Shown piece after piece: positions 35,001 through 48,600 of a stretch of DNA of 64,000 nt. A model generated the notes under the pieces. It saw nothing but the letters and a program-made list of their open reading frames with translations, did no database searches and was not told where the DNA came from. Location of the stretch: positions 19,096,001-19,160,000 of the forward strand of contig NC_088807.1 in the NCBI RefSeq assembly GCF_011386835.1. Reading direction: 5' to 3'. Each line of letters begins with the position of its first letter. The first letter of the stretch is position 1. The position numbers and the translations under genes were made by a program. The stretch comes from Chrysemys picta bellii (Eukaryota).

Positions 35001-35993
35001 GGGCTGGGCCCCGGGGGTACGTGCTGGGGGAAGGGCTGGAGGGGGGGGCTGGGCCCCGGGGGTACGTGCCGGGGGAGGGGCTGGAGGGGGGGGCTGGGCC
35101 CCGGGGGTACGTGCCGGGGGAGGAGCTGGAGGGGGGGGCTGGGCCCCGGGGGTATGTGCCGGGGGAGGGGCTGGAGGGGGGGCTGGGCCCCGGGGGTACG
35201 TGCCGGGGGAGGGGCTGCGGGAGAGCAATGGGCTCAGGCTCTCAGCAAACTCTGGCAGAGTCGCATTTTGGGGCTTTTCTCCCCACCCACAGGGGCTAGA
35301 AACCGAATTTGATTTGACCCGAGAGCCGAGGCTCCGCCTCACCCCCTCCCCCCGCCCCGGCCCCAGAGCCGCACCTTGGCCTTGGACCGGAAGAAGGACT
35401 TGGCGAAGAGCTGGATGGGCAGGTGGGAGCTGATGAGCCGGGGCGGCCGGTTGCTCCGCGCGGTCTGGAGGCCCATGACGGTCTCGTACCAGGGCCCGCG
35501 GTTCCAGTTAGGGACTGTGCGGCACTGGCTGGGGTCCCCGTTGCTGTGGATGAGGCTCAGGATCTCCAGCATCCAGACAGTCCCTATGGTGACAGCCTCC
35601 CCGTGGTGAGCGTTGCTACGGACAACGGGGAACCAGCCCCCCCCGCCCAGTGCTGTGTGGTCCTTAGAATCCCCAGCCCCCATCCCTCAGGCTGCAAAGG
35701 CCTCTGGGGAGCAGAGGAGGTAACTAAATAGAACCCAGGAGTCCCAGAGCCAGGGAGAGAACCCCGGAGTCCTGGCTCCCAGCCCCCCCCCCCCCCCGCT
35801 CTAACCACTAGCCCCCACTCCCAGAGCTCTAGCCCTGGCTCCGGGGCCCCACGGTACCTGATTTCTGGTAGGTGACGTTAAAGACGTCGTCATCCCGGAC
35901 TTGGAATTCGTTCTCCACCTCCCGCAGCCCCCGCTCCGAGTAGATCAGCCTGGGGAAGCTAATCCCCTTGTACTGGAAATATTCCTTGAACAT
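32087..35993 (-). CDS. SULT2B1: Cytosolic sulfotransferase family 2B member 1-like, 306 aa from ATG 35993; exons 35858-35993, 35375-35583, 34382-34508, 34205-34299, 32539-32719, 32087-32259
   Basis: All introns GT-AG; internal exon sizes 209/127/95/181 typical of SULT genes; motifs [62 protein letters not shown]. May be a paralogue, and an upstream exon is possible (acceptor at 35995-35996). Confidence 0.88.
33141..33620 (-). repeat. ~49-50 bp minisatellite, same unit as 10068-10880 in inverted orientation, about 10 copies
   Basis: Unit cagcgcccggcccgacggggccccgatctcggcgactctg(t/a)gtctggg inside a SULT intron. Confidence 0.92.
34530..35220. repeat. ~36-bp G-rich minisatellite in SULT intron
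   Basis: Unit gggccccgggggtacgtgccgggggaggggctggagggggggct. Confidence 0.9.
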
Positions 35994-36064
35994 CCTGGGG
36001 CTGGGAATGGGGGAGACACGAGGGTCATTAGGACACAGCGGGAGCCCTCGGAGTTACCCCTCAG

Positions 36065-36373
36065 CCCCTGGGGGTGGGGTGTCGCCCCCTGCTGGAGGAG
36101 CCAGGCCCTGCAGTGTGTGTGGTGTGTGTGTGTCGCCCCCTGCTGGAGGGGCTGGGCCCTGCCCCCTGTGTGTGTGTGTCGCCCCCTGCTGGAGGAGATG
36201 GGCCCTGCCCCCTGTGTGTGTGTGTGTGTGTGTTGCCCCCTGCTGGAGGAGATGGGCCCTGCACTGTGTGTGTGTGTGTGTGTCGCCCCCTGCTGGAGGG
36301 GCTGGGCCCTGCACTGTGTGTGTGTGTGTCGCCCCCTGCTGTGTGTGTGTGTGTGTGTGTGTGTCGCCCCCTG

Positions 36374-36422
<49 letters not shown>

Positions 36423-37255
36423 ACACCTGCTGGAGGAGATGGGCCCTGCTCTGTGTGTGTGTGTGTGTGTCCCTGCTGCCCCTTGCTGGAGAGGCTGAGC
36501 CCTGCAGTGTGTGTGTGTGTGTCCATCCAGCCCTGCCGTGTGTGTGTGTGTGTGTCCCTGCTGCCCCTTGCTGGAGAGGCTGAGCCCTGCAGTGTGTGTG
36601 TGTGTGTCCATCCAGCCCTGCCGTGTGTTTGTGTGTGTGTGTGTCGCTCCCTGCTGGAAATGGGCCCTGCACTGTGTGTGTGTGTGTCCATCCAGCTCTG
36701 CCGTGTGTGTGTGTGTGTGTGTGGTGTGTGTCGCGTCGCCCCCTGCTGGAAATGGGCCCTGCACTGCGTGTGTGTGTGTCCCTCCTGCCCCCTGCTGGAG
36801 AGGCTGGGCCCTGCACAGTGTGTGTGTGTGTGTGTCCCTGTCGCCCCCTGCTGGAGTGACTGGGCCCTCCTCTGTGTGTGTGTGTGTCCCTGCTGCCCCC
36901 TGCTGGAGGAGATGTGCCCTGCACTGTGTGTGTGTCCCTGTCGCCCCCTGCTGGAGATGGGCCCTGCACTGTGTGTGTGTGTGTCCATCCAGCTCTGCCG
37001 TGTGTGTGTGTGTGTGTGTGTGTCGCCCCCTGCTGGAAATGGGCCCTGCACTGCGTGTGTGTGTGTCCCTCCTGCCCCCTGCTGGAGAGGCTGGGCCCCT
37101 GCACTGTGTGTGTGTGTGTGTGTCCCTGTCGCCCCCTGCTGGAGTGACTGGGCCCTCCTCTGTGTGTGTGTGTGTCCCTGCTGCCCCCTGCTGGAGGAGA
37201 TGTGCCCTGCACTGTGTGTGTGTCCCTGTCGCCCCCTGCTGGAGATGGGCCCTGC

Positions 37256-37308
<53 letters not shown>

Positions 37309-37420
37309 GCTGCCCCCTGCTGGAGGAGATGTGCCCTGCTCTGTATGTGTATGTCCCTGCTGCCCCCTGCTGGAGAGGCAGGACCCTGCACTGTGTGTGT
37401 GTCTGCGTGTGTGTGAGCCA
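36065..37420. repeat. Composite (GT)n plus gccccctgctgga minisatellite
   Basis: Directly visible; source of the long Cys/Val and His/Thr spurious ORFs. Confidence 0.92.
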
Positions 37421-39509
37421 TGCCCCTGGCATGCGTCCCATGACACACCCCCCACCCCCACAGTAGTGGCCAGGCCGCCCAGTGATTCATGAGGCTGCTC
37501 CAGCCTCAGCCCACGAGCCGGGTTGAATCTCCGCGTTGGGATCCCAGCTGCGTTCCCCATGGCTGCCGGCCCCCCCCCCGGGGCGCCTGCGCTGGCTGCT
37601 GGAGCAGAGCCAACGCTCAGCGCCAGGCCCCATGCCAGTGGATTCGGATCACAACCCCGGCCTTCGCTTTAATGCCTTTTTGAGATTTGCTCCGATTTCC
37701 ACATTCACAGCGGCGCAGCCCTAGGGTGGCGGAGGATGGGAGGGGGGCAATCGGTCAATTAGTCACTAATTATCCCATGAGGGCAGACACCGGGAGCCCG
37801 AGCGTTAACACTTGCTCCCCCTTACAACCGAACGCCCGCAGGAAGAGACCCAGCGAAAGTCCGATCACACACGAGCAGCGTTTTCCTGACTTGGCCTCTC
37901 GGTGATTTCCAGGGTAATGGCCATCGTGTTCGAAATGGACGCTTCAAACCCGACTCCTTCCCACCCTGCCTGAGATACCTGCGGACAGGCCCACGCTGGG
38001 AGGGGTCTGAGAAACTGGCGAACGGGGCTGAAATCAGTGAGACGGACCAGCACAGAGAACGGCGCGTGAGAAGGAAAAATCAGTTGCCCGGGGGGAACAG
38101 CTGGCTAGGCAGGGGTGCCGCAAAACAGCACACGGGGATGGGGGGGGTCTAGTGGATCACAAACCGGATCACTTGTGCCTTGTGAACGGGAGGGTCGGGG
38201 GTGAGCCATGGGAGGGGCTTGTTTGCCCGGGTACGGGGGGGGAAGCGCCGTTTCGGGCACCGCACTTTCAGAGAGATGCGGCCACATTTGGAGAGAGCCC
38301 GCAGGAGTGGAGCTGAATGGGTGAGTGGGAGGATTAGACAACCCAGACAATGGGGAAAAGGTGGAAGAACTGGGGCCTGGTCCATCCAGAGACGAGCTGG
38401 CTGAGGGGGGCCAATAGCAGCCCACGGAGGCATACCAGGCTGGTCTAAGGAGGCTGGGGATCAGTCGCTAAGTTTCCGGCAACGGAGATCCCGGTAAGCG
38501 ATCAGGGGATTCAGCTATGGACCCGGCTCCCTGGGATAGCTGCGGGCTCCCCATCCACGGGCGTTTGCAAGACCACATTGCACAAACCCTGCCAGGGATG
38601 ATCTAGGTGGATTTGGTCCTGCCTCGGCGCAGGAGGCTGGGCCAAACACCCCCTCGAGGCCCCTTCCAGCCTCACGTGGCCGGGTGTCGAGGCTTTTCAA
38701 TTTACAGCAACCAGAATCTAGGCCATTCCCACGCCTCTCACTGTGGTGCCTTCCTCTCCTGCCGTCCGCAATGTGAAGACACATCTGTCAAAAACTGCCT
38801 GTTCCCTCTGCCTCACCTGGGGGTGGAGTGGCTTGTTCTGGTAGGACAGGTGTGGAACATGCAGGTTGCTCTGTGTCGATGGTGAAACTCGCCTGGCTCT
38901 TGGAGCCGGAGGCAGGGAGGCTGGAAGGTCGGGGGAACCAGCCTCAGATGAAGCCCTGTCCTGCCAATCCAAGTGGTGTCTTTAGTATAGAGCATCCCAC
39001 CTGGGCCTGGCCTGCAGCTACAGGTTCTTTTAGAGACACTGCGACCAGGCCAGGGAGACAAGGGCAAAACGCCCGAACTTGATCCATGGTTCTGTGGGAA
39101 GTCGAGGGGCAGACGACGGCCTCAGTTGCTTGTGGGGAGACATATGAAGATCAGATGCTCAGGAGGTTTCCCGTAGAGAAAGGTCACTAATCCAGGGCTA
39201 AACGTCACCGTAGCCACCTGGGAATAAAGGACACTGGCCGTACTGCCAGGGTGGGGGAATATCTCGTGGGAAGCCGGGACCCTGTAGAAACCTGGGAGGG
39301 CATGGCGGGTATTCGCCATGCGCTCCCTGTGCGAGGCTGGGGCACATCAACAGGGGAATCTTAAGACGGAGCAGAGGCCGTTTGACCTCTGGATTTGGTG
39401 CGACCCGCTGCTGGGAGCCTGTGTCTAGCTCTGGTGCATGCCATTCAGGAAGGACGGTAATCAATCGGAGAGGGGCCAGAGAAGTGCCAGGAGATCGGTT
39501 CAAGGGTGA

Positions 39510-39790
39510 GAAAACCCACCTGAGAGGGAGAGACTCCGGGACTCAGTCTATTTAGCTTGATGAAGAGGTTCAGGGCTGACTTGATCCCAGTCTATCCTCT
39601 ATCCGTGGGGAACAGCTATTTCATCACGGGCTCTTCAGTCTAACCAAAGAAGGTCAAACACCATCCAACGGCGGGAAGTTGAAGCGAGACACATTCAGCC
39701 TGGAAATGAGGCCTATGTTTGGAACGGGTCAGAGTAACAAACCGGGGGACAATTCACCACGGGCGTCACTGCCCATTTTAAAATCAAGAT
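39510..39790 (+). mobile_element. Old CR1 fragment
   Basis: CR1 ORF2 3' signature (gtctatttagcttgatgaagagg..., gaagttgaagcgagacacattcagcctggaaatgagg). Confidence 0.6.
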
Positions 39791-41589
39791 TGGCTGGTTT
39801 TCGAACAGATCTGCTCTGTTATTGCGGGGCCATTCTCTGGCCGGTGCTAGACAGGAGGGCAGACTAGGGTCTGGCTTTAGAATTGATGAACTTACACATG
39901 GGGCAAACCTGGATTTTTTTGGTTCTGTTTTAGAGTTTTCAGCAAAATCGGACATCTGGGGGCATTTTCGTTTCGGGCCAGTGGCAAGCGGGATTTCAAA
40001 TACACTTTTGCCTTTAAAAAGATCATATAAAATGGGTGGAAGTTCCTCGCAGCAAAGCAGCATGAATCCCCTGCCCCTAAAAATCAAACCGTTTGACTTT
40101 TCCCAAATCGTTTTTCCCCTGACCGAAAAAACTGTGTCAAAATCGCTGGCAAGTTGGTGCAAGGTCTCAATCACTCCACATCTGGAGCCACCCCCAGCAA
40201 ACGATTTCATCTGGAAAGTTTTTGCCCAGCTGCTGTTCCATGCCCAGGTCCGTGGCAAGGCTGGAATCCAGCCAACGAGGGACAGTGGGATGAATAACTG
40301 ATGATGGCTCATCCTCTGCTGGCGCCCAAAGCTACTGACTGATGCATAATGTTGCTGCCCGATTTGGCTGGTGGTGGTCCGTCGATGTCGTCCGACGTTG
40401 GAGGAGAAACTGGCTGGTAGGACGTCCTGTGTCATCTGGGGTGACCAAGAATGGATACAAAGGCCTAGTTCCCTGAATGCACTAGGATCAAGCAGCAGCA
40501 GGCAGGTTTCTTGTTCAGAAATCCAGGCCTGCGTTCAGACAGTCCTGTGCCCCAAACAGCTTTGTCTCACTGCTTTCTTCCAGGGCCGCTGCATCTCTGG
40601 CTAAGCCACCCCATGATATGTGTAAAGAGATGGGGTCAGTTATCCTCATGATGAAGGTGAGGCCTAGAGCAATCAACATGACTTGGAGCTGCCTAGATGC
40701 AGAGGCAGGAGTAGAAACCAAATGTCCTCTATCCTAGTTCCAGCCTCCTGGGTAAACCCCCCTTCACCTCCCTGGGTTAGCTTTTTGTTGTTTTTGCTCA
40801 GGCCTTGCCTTTTGGCTCCATGCCTTGGGTGGTGGCTTCTGTCGTTTCCCACTCTCATTACATACCAGCACCTTAATTGATCCTTCTAGGTAATCCAACA
40901 GATTACACCCATCACTTTAAAGTGATTCATGGTAACCATTAAGGCCCTCCCTCATAACATCACGTGTGCACAAGTGCATGTATTTTAATGTTGCATTATA
41001 AACAGAGAGATGTTCTGAATGATTATCGGTGTTATTGTAACGTTGGAGAGGCCGGGCAGAGCTCCCTGCTCCCAACTTGTGAAAAGCCGTCTTACGCAAT
41101 TCCAACGCAACTGCAGCTATCAGAGTAAACAAACTTGACTCTATTTACTGCTGCTCTAGCCCTGGGGCGGGGTGGGGGGAGAGTTGAAAACGTGGCGTCC
41201 CCAGTGACCTGCGTCGCCAGGGGAAATCACAGCACCTGGGTTCGTTTCTTCTCCTCCGATTGTTCACATTATTATTATGTGTCTTAGATGCTCTTGTTGC
41301 TACCCTAATGGAGAGTGGGACCCCACTGCTGCCCAGGGGCCGAGAGCGGGACCCCGTCGGGCTGGGCGCTGCCCCCACGCAGGGAGACTGTCCTGCCCTG
41401 TGCAGCTCGCAGGCTGAAAGATTGTAAAGATGGGGAAACTGAGGTCCCGCAAGACGAGTCACCCAGCTGGCCACACGCAGAGCCAGGAGCCAAGTGTCCA
41501 CAGCTGCACCCAAACCTGATGCGTGGGGCGGCCATGCCCATCGCCTGCCATGTGTCAGTACTGCCATCCACCCAGCCTCGACTCCTCTA

Positions 41590-43500
41590 CGCAGCCCCAT
41601 GGGAACCCCTCCTCCTCACACCCCCTCCATCCCCCCTCCTGTAGCCAGCCCCACGGGAACCCCTCCTCCCTCACACCCCCTCCATCCCCCCTCCTCTATC
41701 CAGCCCCACGGGAACCCCTCCTCCCTCACACCCCCTCCATCCCCCCTCCTCTATCCAGCCCCACGGGAACCCCTCCTCCCTCACACCCCCTCCATCCCCC
41801 CTCCTCTATCCAGCCCCACGGGAACCCCTCCTCCCTCACACCCCCTCCATCCCCCCTCCTCTATCCAGCCCCACGGGAACCCCTCCTCCCTCACACCCCC
41901 TCCATCCCCCCTCCTCTATCCAGCCCCACGGGAACCCCTCCTCCCTCACACCCCCTCCATCCCCCGTCCTGTAGCCAGCCCCACGGAACCCCTCCTCCCT
42001 CACACCCCCTCATCCCCCCTCCTCTATCCAGCCCCACGGGAACCCCTCCTCCCTCACACACCCCCTCCTGTAGCCAGCCCCACGGGAACCCCTCCTCCCT
42101 CACACCCCCTCCATCTTCCCTCCTGTAGCCAGCCCCACGGGAACCCCTCCTCCCCCACACTCCCTCCATCCCCCCTCCTGTAGCCAGCCCCACGGGAACC
42201 CCTCCTCCCCCACACCCCCTCCATCTTCTCTCCTGTAGCCAGCCCCACGGGAACCCCTCCTCCCTCACACCCTCTCCATCCCCCCTCCTGTAGCCAGCCC
42301 CACGGGAACCCCTCCTCCCTCACACCCCCTCCATCCCCCCTCCTGTAGCCAGCCCCACGGGAACCCCTCCACCCCCACACCCCCTCCATCTTCCCTCCTG
42401 TAGCCAGCCCCACGGGAACCCCTCCTCCCTCACACCCCCTCCATCTTCCCTCCTGTAGCCAGCCCCACGGGAACCCCTCCTCCCTCACACCCTCTCCATC
42501 CTCCCTCCTGTAGCCAGCCCCATGGGAATACCTCCTCCCTCACACCCCCTCCATCCTCCCTCCTGTAGCCAGCCCCACAGGAACTCCTCCACCCCCACAC
42601 CCGCTCCATCCCCCCTCCTGTACCCAGCCCCACGGGAACCCCTCCTCCCTCACACCCCCTCCATCCCCCCTCCTGTAGCCAGCCCCACGGGAACCCCTCC
42701 ACCCCCACACCCTCTCCATCTTCCCTCCTGTAGCCAGCCCCACGGGAACCCCTCCTCCCTCACACCCCCTCCATCTTCCCTCCTGTAGCCAGCCCCACGG
42801 GAACCCCTCCTCCCTTACACCCCCTCCATCCCCCCTCCTCTATCCAGTCCCATGGGAACCCCTCCTCCCTCACACCCTCTCCATCCTCCCTCCTGTAGCC
42901 AGCCCCATGGAACCCCTCCTCCCTCACACCCCCTCATCCCCCCTCCTGTAGCCAGCCCCACGGGAATACCTCCTCCCTCACACCCCCTCCATCCTCCCTC
43001 CTGTAGCCAGCCCCACAGGAACTCCTCCACCCCCACACCCGCTCCATCCCCCCTCCTGTACCCAGCCCCACGGGAACCCCTCCTCCCTTACACCCCCTCC
43101 ATCCTCCCTCCTGTACCCAGCTCCACAGGAACCCCTCCACCCCCACACCTCCTCCATCCCCCCTCCTGTACCCAGCCCCACGGGAACCCCTCCTCCCTTA
43201 CACCCCCTCCATCCCCCCTCCTGTACCCAGCCCCACGGGAACCCCTCCACCCCCACACCCGCTCCATCCTCCATGCTCTACCTAGTCCCATGGGAACCTC
43301 TTCACCTCCACAGCCTCTCCATCTCCCCAACTCCTTTACCCAGCCCCACAGGAAGCCCTCCACCCCCACACTCCCGCCATCCCCCACTCCTCTACCCAGC
43401 CCCACGGGAACCCCTCCTCCCTCACACCCCCTCCATCCCCCCTCCTCTACCCAGCCCCACGGGAACCCCTCCACCCCCACACTCCTCTACCCTCCCACAC
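41590..43500. repeat. ~43-bp C-rich minisatellite, about 40 copies
   Basis: Unit cccacgggaacccctcctccctcacaccccctccatccccctcctgtagccagc. Confidence 0.95.
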
Positions 43501-44574
43501 CCCTTCTCTCCATCCCACCCCCAGTGTGCATTTCGTCCCCCCGCCGCACTCCCCTAGCTGGCTCTGCTCCACACCCATTGGCTGGCACCGGGGCTGCTCC
43601 AGGCAAGGGAAGAACCTGACCCTGGAGCTGCTCGGAGCGAAGGACGGAGCCAGCCCAGAGCCGTTGGGGGCCCCTCGGGCCAGACTTCCCAGCCGGACTG
43701 TGCACACAGGGGGAGCCCCCACCCACTCTCTTACCTGCCCTAGGGCGGGAGGCAGTACCTGGCTGGCTCAGCGGCTGTGGGAGCAATGCAGGGATCCCCT
43801 GGGTCCAGGGCTGGGAACCGCCTACACAGCGAGTGAGAGAGGCTGGCTCAGAGCAGCCCATGGCAGGGGAACGAGAAACACCCCCCGCCATGGGACAGAG
43901 CCACCCACCCCTGGGCTGGATCTGGAGTCACTCCTGATTGCACTGGGGGCAGGGAAGGCCGGGTTCTGATCTCAGCTCCCCGGGATCAATCCGGAGTCAC
44001 CCCGATCTCAGCTCCCGCAGGGTCAATCCAGAGTCACCGCTGACTGCATTGGGGGCAGGGCCGGGTTCTGATCTCAGCTCCCTAGGGTCAATCTCACCCC
44101 CACATAAAGATCAAAACGAACGATGCTGCGGATCTCCGAGCCCGTCTCCCGATTGCTGGTTTTGCTAACAATTCCTGCCCTCCCGCACCCGTCACCTGCT
44201 GCCAGGCCTGGCCCAGAGCCAGGGACGCTGGGAGGAAAACAAGCCTCCTTAAGGAGCTTGCTCAGCTGCCAGCAGCCCTGTGATTAGACTAATAAGTGGG
44301 TGAGCGGCATCTCCCACCTGGATGCCTGGGTTCCACCAGCGCACCTGTTAGAGAGAAATCCGCGGCGCTGCCAATTGGCAGGGTTTGGGGTGTTTTGCAT
44401 AGAGCAGCTGGAGTTATGGGAAAACACAGGAGAAAGTCAGTTCCCGTTGAACCCGCCGGGACTTTTGTGGGGTCCCAAGGCCAAATTCTGGCCACAAAGA
44501 CACAAAAAGCTAAAGGTCATGAAAATGGCATGAATGGGTCAGAGAGAGTCACTGACACAGCTGTTTGGATAACT

Positions 44575-44880
44575 CCCAGCCCCCTGCTCTAACCACTCAC
44601 CCCCACTCCCCTCCCAGAGCCAGGGAGAGAACCCAGGAGTCCTGGCTCCCAGCCCCCCGCTCTAAACACCAGACCCCACTCCCCTCCCAGAGCCAGGGAG
44701 AGAACCCAGGAGTCCTGGCTCCCAGCCCCCCGCTCTAAACACCAGACCCCACTCCCCTCCCAGAGCCAGGGAGAGAACCCAGGAGTCCTGGCTCCCAGCC
44801 CCCCGCTCTAAACACCAGACCCCACTCCCCTCCCAGAGCCAGGGAGAGAACCCAGGAGTCCTGGCTCCCAGCCCCTCTCG
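44575..44880 (+). repeat. ~62-bp tandem repeat (GAGAACCCAGGAGTCCTG family)
   Basis: About 5 head-to-tail copies. Confidence 0.9.
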
Positions 44881-45424
44881 CCAGGTAATGACAGGATACT
44901 CACTGCACAGATGCTAATGACAAAGCCCCAGACACTGTGAGCAGCTCCTGCTTCCCTGACAGATGCCTGGCCTCTGCCCCACAGGGGCCTGAGCTCGCCA
45001 GGGCGTGAATCACCCAGGGCAGCGTTCCTGACAGCTGCAGGGGCAGAGCTGGGGAGGGGCTGGGAGCCAGGACTCCTGGGTTCCATCCCTGTGTCTCAAA
45101 GGGGAGGGGGGTCTAGTGGTTAGAGCAGGCGAGCAGGAGCTGGGAGCCAGGATGCCTGGGTTTTATCCCCGAGTGGTTGGATGGGGGGCTAGGAGCCAGG
45201 ACTCCTGGGTTCTCTCCTGGCTCTGGGAGGGGAGGGGAGTCTAGTGGTTAGAGCAGGGGGGGGCTGGGAGCCAGGACTCCTGGGATCTCTCCTGGCTCTG
45301 GGAGGGGAGGGGGGTCTAGTGGTTAGAGCAGGGGGAATGGGAGCCGGTTCTCTCCCCAACTCTGGCAGGGAAAAAGCCATGAGCCCTGCCCCCTTTCTCC
45401 CATCTCTCTCCCCCTCCCCAAGAT

Positions 45425-45611
45425 CCAGCTTCTGGCGGAAGCTTGGCTCCACTCCGTGCTTCACACGTGACCGCCGCCATCTTTGTCCCTGGCACATCCC
45501 CCGCCCCCGGCTGGGCCCGAATAGGGCAGACTCAGATCAGCCGCCATCTTCGATCCAGAGCGAGGCTCAGGGGCCAGAATGTTGCAGCCCAGCCCCCATC
45601 CAGCGCTGCAG
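45425..45611 (+). promoter_or_regulatory. CpG-island promoter and first exon of the transposase-derived gene
   Basis: GCGGAAG (ETS) 45435-45441, CACGTG 45464-45469, two CCGCCATCTT (YY1) at 45474 and 45541, donor CAG|GTACCA at 45611/45612. Confidence 0.6.
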
Positions 45612-48600
45612 GTACCAGCCCTGGCGGTGCCCCTCACTCCCGACCCGCAGCCCCCCCCGGTGCCCCTCACTCCCGACCTACAGCCCCCCCCCAGCCTGGC
45701 CGGTCCCCACCCCCGGGACCCGCAGCCCCCCCCCCGGTGCCCCTTACTCCCGACCTGCAGCCCTCCCCCCCCCGTATTCCCCACTCCCTACCTGCAGCCC
45801 CCCCCCCCGGCCCAGCCGGTCCCCGCCCGGTGCCCCTCACTCCCGATCTACAGCCCCCCCCCCCCAGCCCGGCCGGTCCCCACCCCTGGGACCCGCAGCC
45901 CCCCACTCCCGAACCACAGCCCGACCAGCCCCCCTGTTGCCCCTTACTTCTGACCCACAGCCCCCCGTGCTCCCCACTCCCGACCTGCAGCCTCCCCCAG
46001 TGCTCCTCACTCCCAACCTGCAACCCCCCCCGCCCGGCCGATCCCCCCCCGACCCGCAGCCCCCCCCGGCCCGGCCAGTCGCCCCTCGGTGCCCCTTACT
46101 CCCGACCCGCAGCCCCCCCCAGCCCGACTGCTGCCCCTCACTCCCGACCTGCAGTCGCCTCTCCGCGCTGGGCAAGAAAATGGACCTGGTAGCGGAACCC
46201 AGGAGTCCTGGGTACAAGGGGTCGGGTAGGACTGGCCTATTACCTGACTGTCCCGCCCCCTGAGCATCTCACAGTGTTTGTACCCTCCCGACACCCCCTG
46301 TGTGAGAGGCCGGGGCTCGTTATCCCCTCCTATAGAGAGGGAAACCGAGGCACGGAGACCCAGAGGACGCGCCTTTCCCAGGGCCTGTGCCAGGGCCTGC
46401 AATAGAAGTTGGGCTCCTCAGGCCCTGGACCAGCACCCACTAATGCCCACCCAGAGAGCCTGAAGAATTGGCTCCATGAGCTGGCAGCAGTAGTAGGTTG
46501 TTATCCTGTTCCAGCTGGGATGGCTGTGAAGGGAAGGGTGGGGGGAGGTAGGAGGAAATGTGGGATTGTGGGTAAATTCAGGGCTGAAGGAATGGGGAAG
46601 TGCAGCTCCCTCGAATATCAGGGTTGGAAGAGACCTCAGGATGTTCTAGTCCAACCCCCTGTTCAAAGCAGGACCAATCCCCAACTAAATCATCCCAGCC
46701 AGGGCTTTGTCAAGCTGGGCCTTAAAAACCGCTACGGATGGAGATTTCACCACCTCCCTAGGGAACCCATTCCAGTGCTTCGCCACCCTCCTATTAGGAA
46801 ATAGTGTTTCCTAATATCCAACCTGGACCTCCCCCACTGCAATGTCAGAGCATTGCTCCTTTTCTGTCATCTGCCCCCACTGAGAACAGCCGAGCTCCAT
46901 CCTCTTTGGAATCCCCCTTCAGGTAGTTGAAGGCTGCTATCAAATTCCCCCTCATTCTTCTCTTCTGTAGACTAAACAATCCCAGTTCCCTCAGCCTCTC
47001 CTCGTAAGTCATGTGCTCCAGCCCCCTGATCATTTTCGTTGCCCTCTGCCAGACTCTCTCCAATTTGTCCACATCCTTTCTGTAGTGGGGGGCCCAAAAC
47101 TGGATGCAATACTCCAGATGCGGCCTCACTAGTGACAAACAGAGGGGAATAATCACTTCCCTCGATCTGCTGGCAATGCCCCTACTTATACAGCCCAATA
47201 TGCCATTGGCCTTCTTCACAACAAGGGCACACTGCTGACTCATATCCAGCTTCTTGTCCACTGTAATCCCCAGGTCCTTTTCTGCAGAACAGCCGCTTAG
47301 CCATTCGGACCCCAGCCTGTAGCGGTGCCTGGGATTCTTCCATCCTAAGTGCAGGACTCTGCACTCGTCCTTGTTGAACCTTATCAGATTTCTTTTGGCC
47401 CAATCCTCCAATTTGTCTAGGTCCCTCTGTATCCGATCCCTACCCTCCTGCGTATCTACCACTCCTCCCAACTTAGTGTCATCCGCGAACTTGCTGATGG
47501 TGCAATTCATCCCATCCTCCAGATCATTAATAAAGATGTGAACAAAACCAGGACCGACCCTTGGGGCACTCCGCTTGATACCGGCTGCCAACTAGACATG
47601 GAGCCGTTGATCACTACCCGTTGAGCCCGACGATCTAGCCAGCTTTCTATCCACCTTATAGTCCATTCATCCAGCCCATACTTCTTTAACTTGCTGGCAA
47701 GAATACTGTGGGAGACCGTATCAAAAGCTTTGTTAAAGTCAAGATATATCACGTCCACTGCTTTCCCCATATCCACAGAGCCAGTTATCTCGTCATAGAA
47801 GGCAATCAGGGCATGACTTGCCCTTAGTGAATCTATCCCCCACCGCCCCCAATTTATCCATCCCCGCCCAAGGAGTATCATGAACCCACCCACGTTGTTC
47901 CCCGGGGTTCTTTCAACCCAAAGCTCTTGGTAATTTTTACTCAGTGCGAGGTGGTGTCAAGAAATAAATCAGGGGAGACACGGCCATCCGACCGATAGAT
48001 GGCTGGCACACACAGGACAACACTTAAACTTAAAGCTAAACGTTACTTAATCTCAAGCACTCACACACGTCCGCAACAGGTTAGTAAAACACCCCCAACC
48101 CTTGATAATTACCAAAGCTGAGTGTCGCTCTCGAATGGCACAACGGCAGGCTTCGTCAGCCAAATCTTCCGTCTGCCAGTGGGGACCCCTGAGATGCGTC
48201 CCGAGGGAGCGTCCCTGAAGAAAGCCTCCCGAACAGTCCAACTAACGCAAACTTCCTCCCCTTATTTATACATTAGCACTAGGATGACATGTCACTTAAA
48301 GAAAACTTGCTAGGCAAGTGATTTTTAAGAGTCAATCAAGAGGTTTCCTTCTGAGCATTAATTTAACCAGATGTGGGGGTTTTTAGAGGGCACATGCCTT
48401 CATGCCCTGATAGACAGATTCCTGTTTTTCTAAAATACAAGTCTCAGCAATTTCAACGTTCTTAGCAGGAAGGGCGGAGGGTGAAGCCGCCCTTTCCATG
48501 GTACCCAAAACCCCCTCCCCTCCTGCCTTGGTTAAGCTAAGCCTGCTGACTTGGCTACTGTTAGCAATAAGCCATAGTGATTCGGGCACTTTACTGGTTT

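Noticed and set aside
35901-37560. 300-520 aa Cys/Val- or His/Thr-rich ORFs resembling metallothionein or keratin-associated proteins
   Set aside because: They arise from (GT)n-based repeats open in several frames on both strands.
43735-43891. Minus-strand exon with strong donor CAG|GTAAGA as the first coding exon of the SULT gene
   Set aside because: The ATG-initiated frame ends in phase 1, whereas the SULT exon at 35994 needs phase 2. It could be a non-coding exon but the sequence alone does not support that.
46845-47893. Reverse transcriptase ORFs as an active retroelement or host gene
   Set aside because: This is a 5'-truncated, frameshifted CR1 copy.
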